Shown here: positions 8,270 through 20,949 of the stretch, piece after piece
Layout of the letters: the number at the start of each line of letters is the position of its first letter
Numbering within the stretch: position 1 is the first letter of the stretch
From: Geobacter metallireducens GS-15
GTDB taxonomy: Bacteria; Desulfobacterota; Desulfuromonadia; Geobacterales; Geobacteraceae
Assembly (NCBI RefSeq): GCF_000012925.1
Contig: NC_007517.1
Coordinates: forward strand, 3,870,001-3,902,000
Direction of reading: 5' to 3'
Length of the DNA: 32,000 nt
Translations under genes and position numbers: made by a program
Notes under the pieces: model-generated
Seen by the model: the letters and a program-made list of their open reading frames with translations, nothing else
Told to the model about the DNA's origin: nothing
Databases searched by the model: none

Positions 8270-9183
8270 TTCCCCTCCACCATGGCGATGAAGACATCCT
8301 CCAGGGATGGGAGGATCGGCCGGTGCCCCTTCACCTCGATTCCCTCCCCCTTCAGCCTCCCGGCCACCAGCTCCTCGATCCCGCTCCGCTCCAGGGAGAC
8401 GTGGAGCTTGTCGCCGTAGATGCTCACGCTCCGCACTCCGTCGGTTCCCCGCACGATCTCCTCCGCCAGCCTTGCCTCGCCGGTCCAGAGCTCCACCATC
8501 GGGAAGCCGAGGGAACCCTTGATCCGCGCCGGGGTGTCGTCGACCAGGATTCTCCCCCGGTGCATGAGGCCGACTCTCGTGCAGCGCTCCGCCTCGTCCA
8601 GGTAGGCGGTGGAGACGAAGATGGTGATCCCCTCCTTCAGGAGATCGTAGAGGATTCGCCAGAAGTCCCGCCGGGAGACCGGATCGACCCCGTTGGTTGG
8701 CTCATCGAGAAAGAGGATCTCCGGGGTGTGGATGAGGGCGCAGGCAAGCCCCAGCTTCTGCTTCATGCCGCCGGAGAGCTTTCCCGCCAGCCGGTCCCTG
8801 AAGGGGGTGAGGTTGGAGAAGCCGAGAAGCCGCTCGAAGCGCGGCGGCCGCTCCCGTTTCGGAACCTCGTAGAGGTCGGCGTAGAAGGTGATGTTTTCCA
8901 TGACGGTCAGCTCTTCGTAGAGGCCGAATCTCTGGGACATGTAGCCGATCCGCTCCTTGATCCGCTCTCCTTCTGTCCGGACCGAATGCCCGGCCACCCA
9001 TGCCTCGCCGGACGAAGGCTCCATGATGGCGGTCAGAAGGCGCATGGTAGTGGTCTTGCCGGCGCCGTCCGGACCCACCAGGCCGAACAGTTCCCCTTTG
9101 CCGATCTCCAGGGTCAGGCCGTCCACGGCAGTCAGCGGGCCGAAGCCCTTGGTGAGGTTGTCGGTACGGATGACCGGGTTCAT
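8266..9183 (-). CDS. ABC transporter ATP-binding protein
   Basis: Walker A GPDGAGKTTT, signature LSGGMKQKLGL, Walker B ILFLDEPTNGVD. ATGA overlaps at both ends. Confidence 0.95.
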   Translation of the reverse strand: MNPVIRTDNLTKGFGPLTAVDGLTLEIGKGELFGLVGPDGAGKTTTMRLLTAIMEPSSGEAWVAGHSVRTEGERIKERIGYMSQRFGLYEELTVMENITFYADLYEVPKRERPPRFERLLGFSNLTPFRDRLAGKLSGGMKQKLGLACALIHTPEILFLDEPTNGVDPVSRRDFWRILYDLLKEGITIFVSTAYLDEAERCTRVGLMHRGRILVDDTPARIKGSLGFPMVELWTGEARLAEEIVRGTDGVRSVSIYGDKLHVSLERSGIEELVAGRLKGEGIEVKGHRPILPSLEDVFIAMVEGK

Positions 9184-10187
9184 TTCCTGGTCCCCGATTC
9201 CCGGTCCCCGGTCACGATCCTGACATCGGCCGGCATGCCGGGCTTCAGCTCCTGGTTCGGGTTGTCCACGCTCACCTTGACCCCGAAGACGAGCTTCACC
9301 CGTTCTTCCTGGGTCTGCACGTTCTTGGGAGTGAATTCCGCCTCGGAGGAGATGTAGGTCACCACCCCCGCGAACTTCCTGCCGGGATAGGTGTCGACCG
9401 TCACCTCGGCCTTCTGGCCGAGCTTCACGAGCCCCAGCTTGTCCTCCTTCACATAGATCTTCACCCAGGGGTGCTCCAGTTCCCCCACAGTGAAGATGGG
9501 GGTCCCGGCGGTAACGGTTTCACCCGCTTCCACGTTTTTCCGCAGGACCACCCCCTTTACCGGCGTTTTCAGCTCCATGTCCGCCAGCTGCTCCCGGTAG
9601 ACCCCGAGCTGTGCCCCGGCCTGCCGCACCTGGGCCTCCGTCGCCCTGATCGTCTCCAGGCGCGGTCCTTCCTTTACCAGGCTCTCGTTCTGCACGGCAT
9701 GATCTTGCTGGGCCTTTGCCACCTCGAAGGAACGCTTGGCGACGTCCCGCTGCTGGGCGGCGATGGCGCCGTTTCTGAAGAGGGTCTCGGCCCGTTCGAG
9801 GTCCTTTACAGCCTTTTCCAGATCAGCCGATGCCGATGCGACCATGGCCCGAGCGCTCCTTTTTTCCTGGGGGCGGGAGCCGTGCTGCAGTTCCAGGAGC
9901 CGGGCGCTGCTGGCGTCGATGACGGCCCGCTGCGCTTCCATCTGGCGCAGGAGTTCCGAGCGGTCGAGCACCGCCACGGCCTCCCCCGCTACCACTTTCC
10001 TCCCCTCGTCGGTCAGGAGCCTCTCCACCCTCCCGGGAACCTTGAAGCCGAGATCCACCTCGGTCACCTCCACGTTTCCGGAGCTTAGCAGGATACCGGT
10101 ATCGTCCTTTTTCCGATTCAGCAGGAAGAAGGCGGCAACACCCGCAATGACGACCACAAGTATTAGAAGTATCAGTTTCCTTTTCAT
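9180..10187 (-). CDS. HlyD-family membrane fusion / periplasmic adaptor protein (YbhG-like)
   Basis: N-terminal TM anchor LILLILVVVIAGVAAFFLL, a long coiled-coil hairpin, and barrel-sandwich motifs (VKPGMPADVRI near the C-terminus). Confidence 0.9.
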   Translation of the reverse strand: MKRKLILLILVVVIAGVAAFFLLNRKKDDTGILLSSGNVEVTEVDLGFKVPGRVERLLTDEGRKVVAGEAVAVLDRSELLRQMEAQRAVIDASSARLLELQHGSRPQEKRSARAMVASASADLEKAVKDLERAETLFRNGAIAAQQRDVAKRSFEVAKAQQDHAVQNESLVKEGPRLETIRATEAQVRQAGAQLGVYREQLADMELKTPVKGVVLRKNVEAGETVTAGTPIFTVGELEHPWVKIYVKEDKLGLVKLGQKAEVTVDTYPGRKFAGVVTYISSEAEFTPKNVQTQEERVKLVFGVKVSVDNPNQELKPGMPADVRIVTGDRESGTRK

Positions 10188-11509
10188 CGTGAGGCCACCT
10201 CCCCGTATGCGTTGCTCCCCAAGGCCTTGTCCAGGGCCGCCTTCGCCGCCGCCAAGTCGTAGGAGGCCTGGTGCCGGTCGGTCGTTGCCCGCAGGAGCGC
10301 CGTCTGGGCGTCGATCACGTCCCTCGTCGTCCCGACCCCGGTTTCATACTTCAACTGCTCTACCCGCAGGTTCTCTTCCGCCGAGGAGATCGCCTCCCGC
10401 GCCACGGCAAGCCTCTTCTCCGCGTCGGCGACGGCAAGATACGCCTCCCTCACCTCCCGGACGATCGAAAGCCGCACGGCACGGAGCTCTTCGCCGGTCC
10501 GCTCCAGCTCCACCATCCCCTTTTTGATCTCCGCTCTGGTTATCCCGCCGTCAAAGAGGGGGTAGGAGAGCCGAAGACCGATGTTCCAGTTCTCCTTGAA
10601 CGACAAGGAATCCCCCGCCCTTTCCCCGTACTCCCCCGCCACATCCACGGATGGGAGGCGTTTCCCCCTGGCGAGGTCGAGCCGTGCCTGGAAAAGTTCC
10701 GTCCGCGCCTTTACCTTCAGGTAGTCGGGACGCTGCCGCAGGGCGACCTCGACCGCTTTTTCTTCAGGCGGATACCCCTTTTCAGGGAAAGGCTCTTCGG
10801 CCACGGTGAATCGCGGGTAGCTTTCGTCCACCCCCATGAGGGAGCGCAGCAGCGCATAGGCGGCAGCGCCGGCGTTTTGCGTCGCCAGGACCTGCTGACG
10901 GCCATGGGCGAGCTCCACGTCGGTCTTCATGAGGTCCACCCGCGCCGCGCTCCCGGCCTTGACAAACTGCTCGGTGACTCGCCGGTGCTCTTCGAGTTGC
11001 CGCACATTCTGCTCGTGGGCCTTGAGGAGCTCCTCCAGCTCCAGGATCTTGCAGTAGACGCTCGTGACGTTGAAGACCAGCTCCTGTCTCCCCTGATGAA
11101 GGGCCCGCTCCGCAATCAGCCGGTTGATCTCCGCAATCTCCACGTTTTTCACCAGGCGTCCCCCCCGGTAGATGGGAAGCTTCAGGGTCAGCGACGCATC
11201 GTAGATGTCTTTGTCGAAGGGGGGGAATCCTCCGCCATTCTGCGGGGCCCCGGAGATAGGGGTGATGGGAGCGGCATAGCGGTAGCGCGTGATGCCTGCC
11301 TCCAGATCGAGCCTTGGCCACCTCCCCCCCTTGGCGGCGTCGACGGTGTGTTTTGCCGCCTCGATATCCTTGCCCAAGACCGAAAGCTTCGGCTCGTTCT
11401 CCAGGGCGAAATCAATCACCCGGGAAAGGGCGAAGGCCGGCACGCCAGCCTCTGCAAAGACTCCATGCGGCAGAAGAACCATCCCCATCAAGATCACTAA
11501 CCTTTTCAT
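10184..11509 (-). CDS. TolC-family outer membrane efflux protein
   Basis: Signal peptide MKRLVILMGMVLLPHGVFA and two repeats of the TolC coiled-coil/beta pattern. GGAGA lies 5 nt upstream of the ATG. Confidence 0.9.
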   Translation of the reverse strand: MKRLVILMGMVLLPHGVFAEAGVPAFALSRVIDFALENEPKLSVLGKDIEAAKHTVDAAKGGRWPRLDLEAGITRYRYAAPITPISGAPQNGGGFPPFDKDIYDASLTLKLPIYRGGRLVKNVEIAEINRLIAERALHQGRQELVFNVTSVYCKILELEELLKAHEQNVRQLEEHRRVTEQFVKAGSAARVDLMKTDVELAHGRQQVLATQNAGAAAYALLRSLMGVDESYPRFTVAEEPFPEKGYPPEEKAVEVALRQRPDYLKVKARTELFQARLDLARGKRLPSVDVAGEYGERAGDSLSFKENWNIGLRLSYPLFDGGITRAEIKKGMVELERTGEELRAVRLSIVREVREAYLAVADAEKRLAVAREAISSAEENLRVEQLKYETGVGTTRDVIDAQTALLRATTDRHQASYDLAAAKAALDKALGSNAYGEVASR

Positions 11510-11520
11510 GCCCGTCTCCG

Positions 11521-11736
11521 TTATGAAGGTTGAGTCCGCAAAATCCCCGAAGTCAGATATTCCTCGTAATTGCGCCAGAGCTTCATCCCTTCATTGACCA
11601 GGGAAAAGGAATGACCGTTCAGCGACCATTTGAGGGTCATTGCCAGCACCATTCCTATCAGCATCGAGGCGGCGGCCGCCGGATCAACAACATGCCCGAT
11701 GGCGCCAGTCTTTTTTCCGTGCTGAATGAGCGCCTC
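11521..11736 (-). pseudogene. Relic of a second TetR-family regulator gene (C-terminal 71 codons only)
   Basis: The minus-strand frame reads EALIQHGKKTGAIGHVVDPAAAASMLIGMVLAMTLKWSLNGHSFSLVNEGMKLWRNYEEYLTSGILRTQPS*. It aligns position for position with the C-terminus of the intact TetR at 11774-12376 (..IEQGQEAGALNREMDPNALATMFIGTVNFTALRWVMNKFSSKLSDEGERLWETF..). Immediately upstream the frame is closed by in-frame TAG TGA. There is no start codon and no helix-turn-helix part. Confidence 0.55.
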
Positions 11737-11747
11737 TCACTAGTGAG
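11736..11747. other. Perfect 12-bp palindrome CTCACTAGTGAG at the truncation point of the TetR relic
   Basis: Read directly. It supplies the TAG TGA double stop in the relic frame and lies 27 nt downstream of the intact tetR stop. Confidence 0.6.
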
Positions 11748-11773
11748 CGAGTTGAAAGATCTTGCCTGCAATC

Positions 11774-12376
11774 TCACACCTTGCAGACGAGCGACTTCAC
11801 AAAGGTTTCCCAGAGCCTTTCCCCCTCATCGCTCAGTTTCGAGGAAAACTTGTTCATTACCCACCGCAGGGCGGTAAAATTGACCGTGCCGATGAACATG
11901 GTGGCCAGAGCGTTCGGGTCCATTTCCCTGTTCAATGCCCCCGCTTCCTGTCCCTGTTCGATAACGGCGCTGATCCCCCTGAAATAGTGCATGAGATTTC
12001 CCCTGACTTTTTCCCGGAGGGTCTCGTTCAGCACCAGAACCTCCTCGGTGAAGATGGTGCGGGGAATGCCCACATGCTCTTCGATGTACGAGAGGTGCCG
12101 CTTGAAGATTTCCTCAAGTCTGCGCAGTGGTTCGGCGATATCCGCAGCGGCATCGAGAATCGATGCGAGATCGTTTCCGATCTTGTCGATCACCGACCCG
12201 AGGATCTCTTCCTTCCCCTTGAAGTGCCGGTAAAGGTTCCCTTCGGAGATGCCGCTCGCAGAGGCGATCTCCGCTGTTGTTGCGCCGCTTATTCCTTTCG
12301 TTCCGATAATCCTGAGGGCCGCCTCGGTAATCTGCTGTCGCCTTACTTCCGTGGGCTCTTTTTTTCGTGGTTTCAT
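11774..12376 (-). CDS. TetR/AcrR-family transcriptional regulator (CecR/YbiH-like position ahead of the exporter genes)
   Basis: N-terminal HTH region RRQQITEAALRIIGTKGISGATTAEIASASGISEGNLYRHFKGKEEIL. First gene of the minus-strand exporter block. Confidence 0.9.
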   Translation of the reverse strand: MKPRKKEPTEVRRQQITEAALRIIGTKGISGATTAEIASASGISEGNLYRHFKGKEEILGSVIDKIGNDLASILDAAADIAEPLRRLEEIFKRHLSYIEEHVGIPRTIFTEEVLVLNETLREKVRGNLMHYFRGISAVIEQGQEAGALNREMDPNALATMFIGTVNFTALRWVMNKFSSKLSDEGERLWETFVKSLVCKV

Positions 12377-12388
12377 GGTCGGTCTCTT

Positions 12389-12410
12389 TGCAAGTGAGCG
12401 GTTACTTGCA
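12389..12410. promoter_or_regulatory. Candidate TetR operator: inverted repeat TGCAAGTGA-GCGG-TTACTTGCA
   Basis: 9-bp arms with 8 of 9 positions complementary and a 4-bp spacer, 13 nt upstream of the tetR ATG in the divergent tetR/treZ intergenic region. Confidence 0.4.
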
Positions 12411-12654
12411 TGACAGTATTGCAGGCTCCCTCCCGGTTTGAGTTTGATCTAAGTCAAAAAGGGCTATTTCTCTGGCAAAGACCGTCCCTAGCTCCATCTC
12501 GGCCGAACCCTTTGCATCCATGCCGTTGCCTGTTAGTCTTTCAGAGATGATTGCAGCAGGCGGGGGCCACGGAGTCGGCCCTCTTACCCTGCCGGAAAAC
12601 GGCCGCGCACCGGCGCAGCCATAACCCGGCTGACGGCACAGGGAAGGTGCAGAC

Positions 12655-14493
12655 ATGGGAGAGTGGCATCTGGACATGGGGGCGACCCCCCTTGCCGGGG
12701 GAGTTCGCTTCAGGGTATGGGCCCCTTTGGCCGAGTCGGTGGCGGTCATCCCCTGCGGGAAAGAGGCATCGTACCCCCTCTCCCGGGCCGGCGAATACTT
12801 CCAGGGGACCATCGCCGGCATGGCCCCGGGAGACCGTTACTGGTACCTGCTTGACGGCACTCTCCGGCGTCCCGACCCCGCGTCACGGAGCCAGCCCGAC
12901 GGGGTCCACGGTCCATCCCAAGTGGTGGCTCCGGTCTCCTTCTGCTGGACCGATGGCCAGTGGCGGGGGCTGAAGCTTGAAGAACTGATCACCTACGAGC
13001 TCCACGTGGGGACCTTCACCCCCGTGGGTACCTTCACGGCGGCAATCAGGCGCCTCGATTACCTGGCGGAGCTGGGAGTGACCGCGGTGGAGCTCATGCC
13101 GGTGGCGGAGTTTCCCGGCACCCGCAACTGGGGGTATGACGGGGTTTTCCCCTTTGCCCCGCACCACGCCTACGGAGGGGCGAACGGGCTCAAGGCCCTG
13201 GTGGACGCCTGCCACCGGCGGGGGCTCGCCGTGATCCTCGACGTGGTCTACAACCACCTCGGCCCCGAGGGGAACTATCTCCACCCCTTTGCCCCCTACT
13301 TCACCGACCGCTACCGCACGCCGTGGGGAGATGCCGTCAACTTCGACGGACCCGACAGCAACGGGGTGCGCCACTACGTAATCGCCAACGCCCTCCACTG
13401 GGTAAGCGAGTACCACGTGGACGGCCTGCGCCTCGACGCCATCCACGGCATCTACGACTTCAGCGCCCGCCACATCCTTCTGGACATCAGCCAGGCGGTC
13501 GATTCCCTGGCCCGGCAGCTGGGGAGGAAGGTCCACGTCATCGCCGAGAGCGACCTGAACGACGTGCGGACCATCACGCCGCCGGAATGGGGGGGACACG
13601 GCTGCCACGCCCAGTGGTGCGACGATTTCCACCACGGGCTCATGACGTACCTCACCGGGGAACGTCAGGGGTATTACGCGGATTTCGGCCTCTTCGGCCA
13701 TCTGGAGAAGGCTTTTCGGGAAGGGTTCGTTTACTCCGGCCAATACTCCCGCCACCGCCGGCGCCGCCACGGCAGCCCGTCGGCGGCCCGTCCACCCCGG
13801 CAGCTGGTGGTCTTCTCCCAGAACCACGACCAGGTGGGAAACCGGCTACGGGGGGACCGCCCCTCGCTCCGCCTCTCCCTGGAGCAGCTCAAGCTGGCCG
13901 CCGGCGCGGTCATCCTCTCCCCCTACCTCCCCCTTCTCTTCATGGGGGAGGAGTACAGCGAAACCGCACCCTTTCCCTACTTCACGAGCCACGGCGACCC
14001 GGAGCTGGCGGAGGCGGTGCGGCAGGGGCGCCGGGAAGAGTTCGCCTCCTTCGGCTGGGAGGCCGAGGTGCCTGACCCCCAGGCCGAAGAGACCTTCCTC
14101 GCCGCCAGAATCGACCCGGAGCGCCGTCACCAGGGGTGGCACCGCTCCCTGTACGCCTTTTACCGGGAAGTGATCCGGCTCCGCCGGGAGCTTCCGCACC
14201 TGCGCCACCCCGAGCGGGAGGAGGTGGCGGTGGTCGGGCTGGAAGCGGACCGGGTCATCGCCCTCCGCTATCGCCATGGCGGGAGAGAACTCATCACCCT
14301 CTTTGCCCTGGGGAAAACTCCCCGCACCGTCCGGCTCCCCTTCAGACACGGCGAATGCCGCAAGCTCCTCGATTCGGCCGGGAAGAGCTGGGGCGGTCCG
14401 GGGAGCATCGCGCCGGAACGAATCGGCGCTGACGGCGATGGCGCAGGCCTCACCCTCGCGCCCTTCAGCGTCACGCTCTACGGCACAGGGTAA
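12655..14493 (+). CDS. treZ: Malto-oligosyltrehalose trehalohydrolase (GH13)
   Basis: GVRFRVWAP...PDPASRSQPDGVHGPSQVV...YELHVGTFTPVGTF...WGYDGVFPFAP...LDVVYNHLGPEGNYL...WGDAVNFD are characteristic TreZ blocks. It lies next to treY. Confidence 0.9.
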   Translation: MGEWHLDMGATPLAGGVRFRVWAPLAESVAVIPCGKEASYPLSRAGEYFQGTIAGMAPGDRYWYLLDGTLRRPDPASRSQPDGVHGPSQVVAPVSFCWTDGQWRGLKLEELITYELHVGTFTPVGTFTAAIRRLDYLAELGVTAVELMPVAEFPGTRNWGYDGVFPFAPHHAYGGANGLKALVDACHRRGLAVILDVVYNHLGPEGNYLHPFAPYFTDRYRTPWGDAVNFDGPDSNGVRHYVIANALHWVSEYHVDGLRLDAIHGIYDFSARHILLDISQAVDSLARQLGRKVHVIAESDLNDVRTITPPEWGGHGCHAQWCDDFHHGLMTYLTGERQGYYADFGLFGHLEKAFREGFVYSGQYSRHRRRRHGSPSAARPPRQLVVFSQNHDQVGNRLRGDRPSLRLSLEQLKLAAGAVILSPYLPLLFMGEEYSETAPFPYFTSHGDPELAEAVRQGRREEFASFGWEAEVPDPQAEETFLAARIDPERRHQGWHRSLYAFYREVIRLRRELPHLRHPEREEVAVVGLEADRVIALRYRHGGRELITLFALGKTPRTVRLPFRHGECRKLLDSAGKSWGGPGSIAPERIGADGDGAGLTLAPFSVTLYGTG

Positions 14494-14520
14494 GAGCTAC
14501 GCCGCCTCACGGAGTCACCC

Positions 14521-17505
14521 ATGAACCAGACGAACCTTGCCAAGGCACGGATACCGACGGCAACCTACCGCCTCCAGTTCAACGAGGGGTTCCGCTTCCA
14601 GGATGCGGAGCGGATCGTTCCCTACCTGAGCGCCCTGGGGGTGAGCGACGTCTATGCCTCCCCCTTCTTCAAGGCCCGGGCCGGGAGCATGCACGGCTAC
14701 GACATCGTCGACCACAACCGCCTGAACCCGGAACTCGGCACCCGGGAGGACTTCGACTCCTACTGCGACTGCCTCGGGCGCCACGGCATGGGGCAGGTAC
14801 TCGACTTCGTCCCGAACCACATGTGCGTCGAGGGGGGAGGCAACGAGCGGTGGCTCGACCTCATGGAAAACGGCCCCAGCTCGCCCCACGCGGCCTTTTT
14901 CGATGTGGACTGGTCGCCGGTCAAGAAGGAGTTGGCCGACAAGGTGCTCATTCCGGTCCTCGGCGACCAGTACGGAACGGCTCTGGAAAAGGGGGAACTG
15001 GTCCTCTCCTTCGAGGAAGGGGCATTCTTCATCAGCTACTACGAGCACCGGTTCCCCATCATCCCCAAGACCTACTGCCCCCTCCTCACCCACCGGCTCC
15101 AGGAACTGGAGCGGCTCCTCCCCCCTGATCACGAGGCGTACCAGGAGCTCCTGAGCATCGTGACCGCCATCTCTCACCTCCCCTTCTACACGGAGCGCGA
15201 TCCGGACCTGGTCCGGGAGCGCTATCGGGAAAAGGAGGTGATCAAGCTGCGGCTCGCGGCCCTCTGCCGTGATTACTGGCCCGTCAAGACGTTCATCGAT
15301 GAGAATGTCCGGATCTTCAATGGCGAGAAGGGGAATCCCCGCAGCTTCGACCTGCTGGACGGAATCCTGCGCCAGCAGGTCTACCGCCTCGCCCACTGGC
15401 GGACCGCCACCGACGAGATCAACTACCGCCGCTTTTTCGACATCAACGCCCTCGGCGCCATACGGATGGAGACCCCCCGGGTCTTCGAGGAGACCCATCG
15501 GCTGGTCCTGGGACTGGTGCGGGAGGGGAAGGTGACGGGGCTGCGGATCGACCACGCCGACGGGCTCTTTAACCCCACCGACTATTTCAGGCGGCTCCAG
15601 CGGAGCTGCTTCCTGGAGACGCGCCTGGCAGGCCTCGGGAACAGGAGCAGGGCCAGGGAAGAGGAAGAACCCGCGGGAACTCTCGCCGAGGGTATCCTTC
15701 AGCTCTACGACGAGATGCTGGAGGTTTCGCCCCGGATCAAGCCCTTCTACATCATCGGCGAAAAAATTCTCATGAAGAACGAGCGGCTCCCCGAGGACTG
15801 GCCGGTCCACGGCACCACGGGGTACGAATTCGCCAACGCCGCGACCGGCCTCCTGGTGGATACCCGCAACGGCCGCCGGTTCGACACCGTCTACGCGCGG
15901 TTCATCCACGAAAAGCCCGATTTCCCCGAGATCGCCTATCAGAAGAAGAAGCAGGTCATGAAGTTCTCCATGGGGGGCGAAATCAACACCCTGGGGCACT
16001 ACCTCAACAAGCTTTCGGAGACCAACCGCCACACCCGCGATTTCACCCTCGGGAGCCTCACCAAGGCACTGCTGGAGGTGATCGCCCATTTCCCCGTCTA
16101 CCGGACCTACACGGCAACCCGCAAGGTGGCTGACCGGGACCGCCAGTACATCGAATATGCCGTGGCCAGGGCCAAGCGGCGCAATCCGGCCATGAGCGAA
16201 TCGATCTTCACCTTCATCGAGGATGTGCTCCTGCTCCGCTTCCATGACAGCACCAGCGGGGATGAGCAGGAGCAGTGGCTCGACTTTGTCATGAGGGTCC
16301 AGCAGCTCACCGGACCGGTCATGGCCAAGGGGCTTGAGGATGCCGCCTTCTACGTCTACAACCGGCTCGTCGCCCTCAACGAGGTGGGAGGAACCCCGGA
16401 GCGCTTCGGCATCACCATCGAGGCCTTCCACGGCCAGAACATCGAGCGGGCCCGGAGCATCCCGACGGCGCTGCTTACCACCTCCACCCACGACACCAAG
16501 CGGAGCGAGGATGTCCGCGCCCGGATCTGCGTCCTCTCGGAGGACCCTGGAGCGTGGCACGACTGCCTCATGCGCTGGAGCCGGATGAACCGCCCCCACA
16601 AGGCGACCGTCCAGGGGATCAAGGTGCCGAGCCGCAACGAGGAGTGCCTCCTCTACCAGACCATCGTCGGCGCCTGGCCGGCAGAGGATTTCACGGGGAA
16701 TGAACGGGACGTTTTCGTGGGACGGATCAGGGAGTACATGCTCAAGGCCATGCGGGAGGCCAAGGTGAACACGAGCTGGATCAACCCGGATTCGGTCTAC
16801 GAAGAGGCGGCGCTCCACTTCGTTGACACCATCCTCCAGGACGTCACCGCCAACAACTTCCTTGCCGACCTGCGGCGGACCCTTCCCCCCCTCATCCGTT
16901 GCGGAATGCTGAATTCCCTCTCCCAGACCCTGCTCAAGGTGGCCTCACCCGGCGTCCCGGACTTCTACCAGGGGAACGAGCTCTGGGACTTCAGCCTCGT
17001 GGACCCGGACAACCGCCGGCCGGTGGATTTCGCGAAGCGGATCGCCATGCTCGATGGATTGCGGACGGCAGAGGAGGAGCGGGGCCCCCTTGCCTTGACG
17101 CGGGAGCTCCTCGAAACCATGGCCGACGGCCGGGTGAAGCTATTCCTCATCGGGAAGGCCCTCGCCCATCGCCGGGCCAACCGCTCCCTCTTCGAGCTCG
17201 GCACATACCTTCCGCTTGAGGTTCAGGGCGAACAGAGCGACAACGTCTGCGCCTTCGCGCGCTGCCACGACGGCGCGATGGCCATTGCCGTGGCTCCGCG
17301 CTTCTTCACCCGGCTGGGGGTTCCCCCCCTGGGTGCCGCGGTCTGGGAGGATACGCGGCTCGTCATCCCTGCCGCGGGGAGCGGCCGCGCCTGCCGCAAC
17401 ATCTTCACCGGCGAGCGGGTCGCGATGTCGCAGCAGGAGAGAGTGGCGACCCTCCCCCTTTCCGCCGTGCTCTCGGATTTTCCCGTGGCCCTGCTGGAAG
17501 CATGA
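14521..17505 (+). CDS. treY: Malto-oligosyltrehalose synthase
   Basis: N-terminal PTATYRLQFNEGFRFQDAERIVPYLSALGVSDVYASPFFKARAGSMHGYDIVDHNRLNPELG and a length near 990 aa are typical of TreY. Confidence 0.95.
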   Translation: MNQTNLAKARIPTATYRLQFNEGFRFQDAERIVPYLSALGVSDVYASPFFKARAGSMHGYDIVDHNRLNPELGTREDFDSYCDCLGRHGMGQVLDFVPNHMCVEGGGNERWLDLMENGPSSPHAAFFDVDWSPVKKELADKVLIPVLGDQYGTALEKGELVLSFEEGAFFISYYEHRFPIIPKTYCPLLTHRLQELERLLPPDHEAYQELLSIVTAISHLPFYTERDPDLVRERYREKEVIKLRLAALCRDYWPVKTFIDENVRIFNGEKGNPRSFDLLDGILRQQVYRLAHWRTATDEINYRRFFDINALGAIRMETPRVFEETHRLVLGLVREGKVTGLRIDHADGLFNPTDYFRRLQRSCFLETRLAGLGNRSRAREEEEPAGTLAEGILQLYDEMLEVSPRIKPFYIIGEKILMKNERLPEDWPVHGTTGYEFANAATGLLVDTRNGRRFDTVYARFIHEKPDFPEIAYQKKKQVMKFSMGGEINTLGHYLNKLSETNRHTRDFTLGSLTKALLEVIAHFPVYRTYTATRKVADRDRQYIEYAVARAKRRNPAMSESIFTFIEDVLLLRFHDSTSGDEQEQWLDFVMRVQQLTGPVMAKGLEDAAFYVYNRLVALNEVGGTPERFGITIEAFHGQNIERARSIPTALLTTSTHDTKRSEDVRARICVLSEDPGAWHDCLMRWSRMNRPHKATVQGIKVPSRNEECLLYQTIVGAWPAEDFTGNERDVFVGRIREYMLKAMREAKVNTSWINPDSVYEEAALHFVDTILQDVTANNFLADLRRTLPPLIRCGMLNSLSQTLLKVASPGVPDFYQGNELWDFSLVDPDNRRPVDFAKRIAMLDGLRTAEEERGPLALTRELLETMADGRVKLFLIGKALAHRRANRSLFELGTYLPLEVQGEQSDNVCAFARCHDGAMAIAVAPRFFTRLGVPPLGAAVWEDTRLVIPAAGSGRACRNIFTGERVAMSQQERVATLPLSAVLSDFPVALLEA

Positions 17506-17531
17506 AGGGATGAGTGACAAGGAGGTACCCC

Positions 17532-20870
<3,339 letters not shown>

Positions 20871-20908
20871 TCCGCGCCGCCGCGTTAGAACCGCGCTGGG
20901 AAAATCAG

Positions 20909-20937
20909 TTGCGCAATTCCCGTGGCGTCAGTATAAA
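20909..20937 (+). promoter_or_regulatory. Possible sigma70-type promoter TTGCGC-17 nt-TATAAA
   Basis: Read directly. The -10 ends only 12 nt before the ATG at 20950, implying a very short leader. Weak call. Confidence 0.25.
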
Positions 20938-20949
20938 ATCTGCGTGCCC

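Noticed and set aside
11742-11749. Shared short word AGTGAGC(G) at 11742-11749, 12393-12400 and 23262-23268, and ACTAGT sites at 2954-2959 and 11739-11744
   Set aside because: 7-8-mers are expected to recur a few times by chance in 64 kb of two-strand sequence. There is no extended similarity around them, so they are not treated as a repeat family or engineering scar.
11530-11877. 115-aa plus-strand ORF spanning the tetR-tolC gap
   Set aside because: It has no recognisable features and overlaps the intact tetR 3' end. The opposite strand of the same DNA gives a clean TetR C-terminal alignment, which explains the region better.
14515-16818. 767-aa ORF antisense to treY. Similar long antisense or off-frame ORFs occur at 6072-7520, 6163-7335, 7481-8419, 8323-9357, 10271-11500, 12883-13827, 17730-18830, 22078-23013, 24390-26387 and 26384-27118.
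   Set aside because: Their translations are low-complexity, rich in Arg, Gly, Pro, His, Asp and Glu, with no motifs. Each lies opposite or out of frame to a gene with clear family signatures. These are typical shadow ORFs of high-GC DNA.
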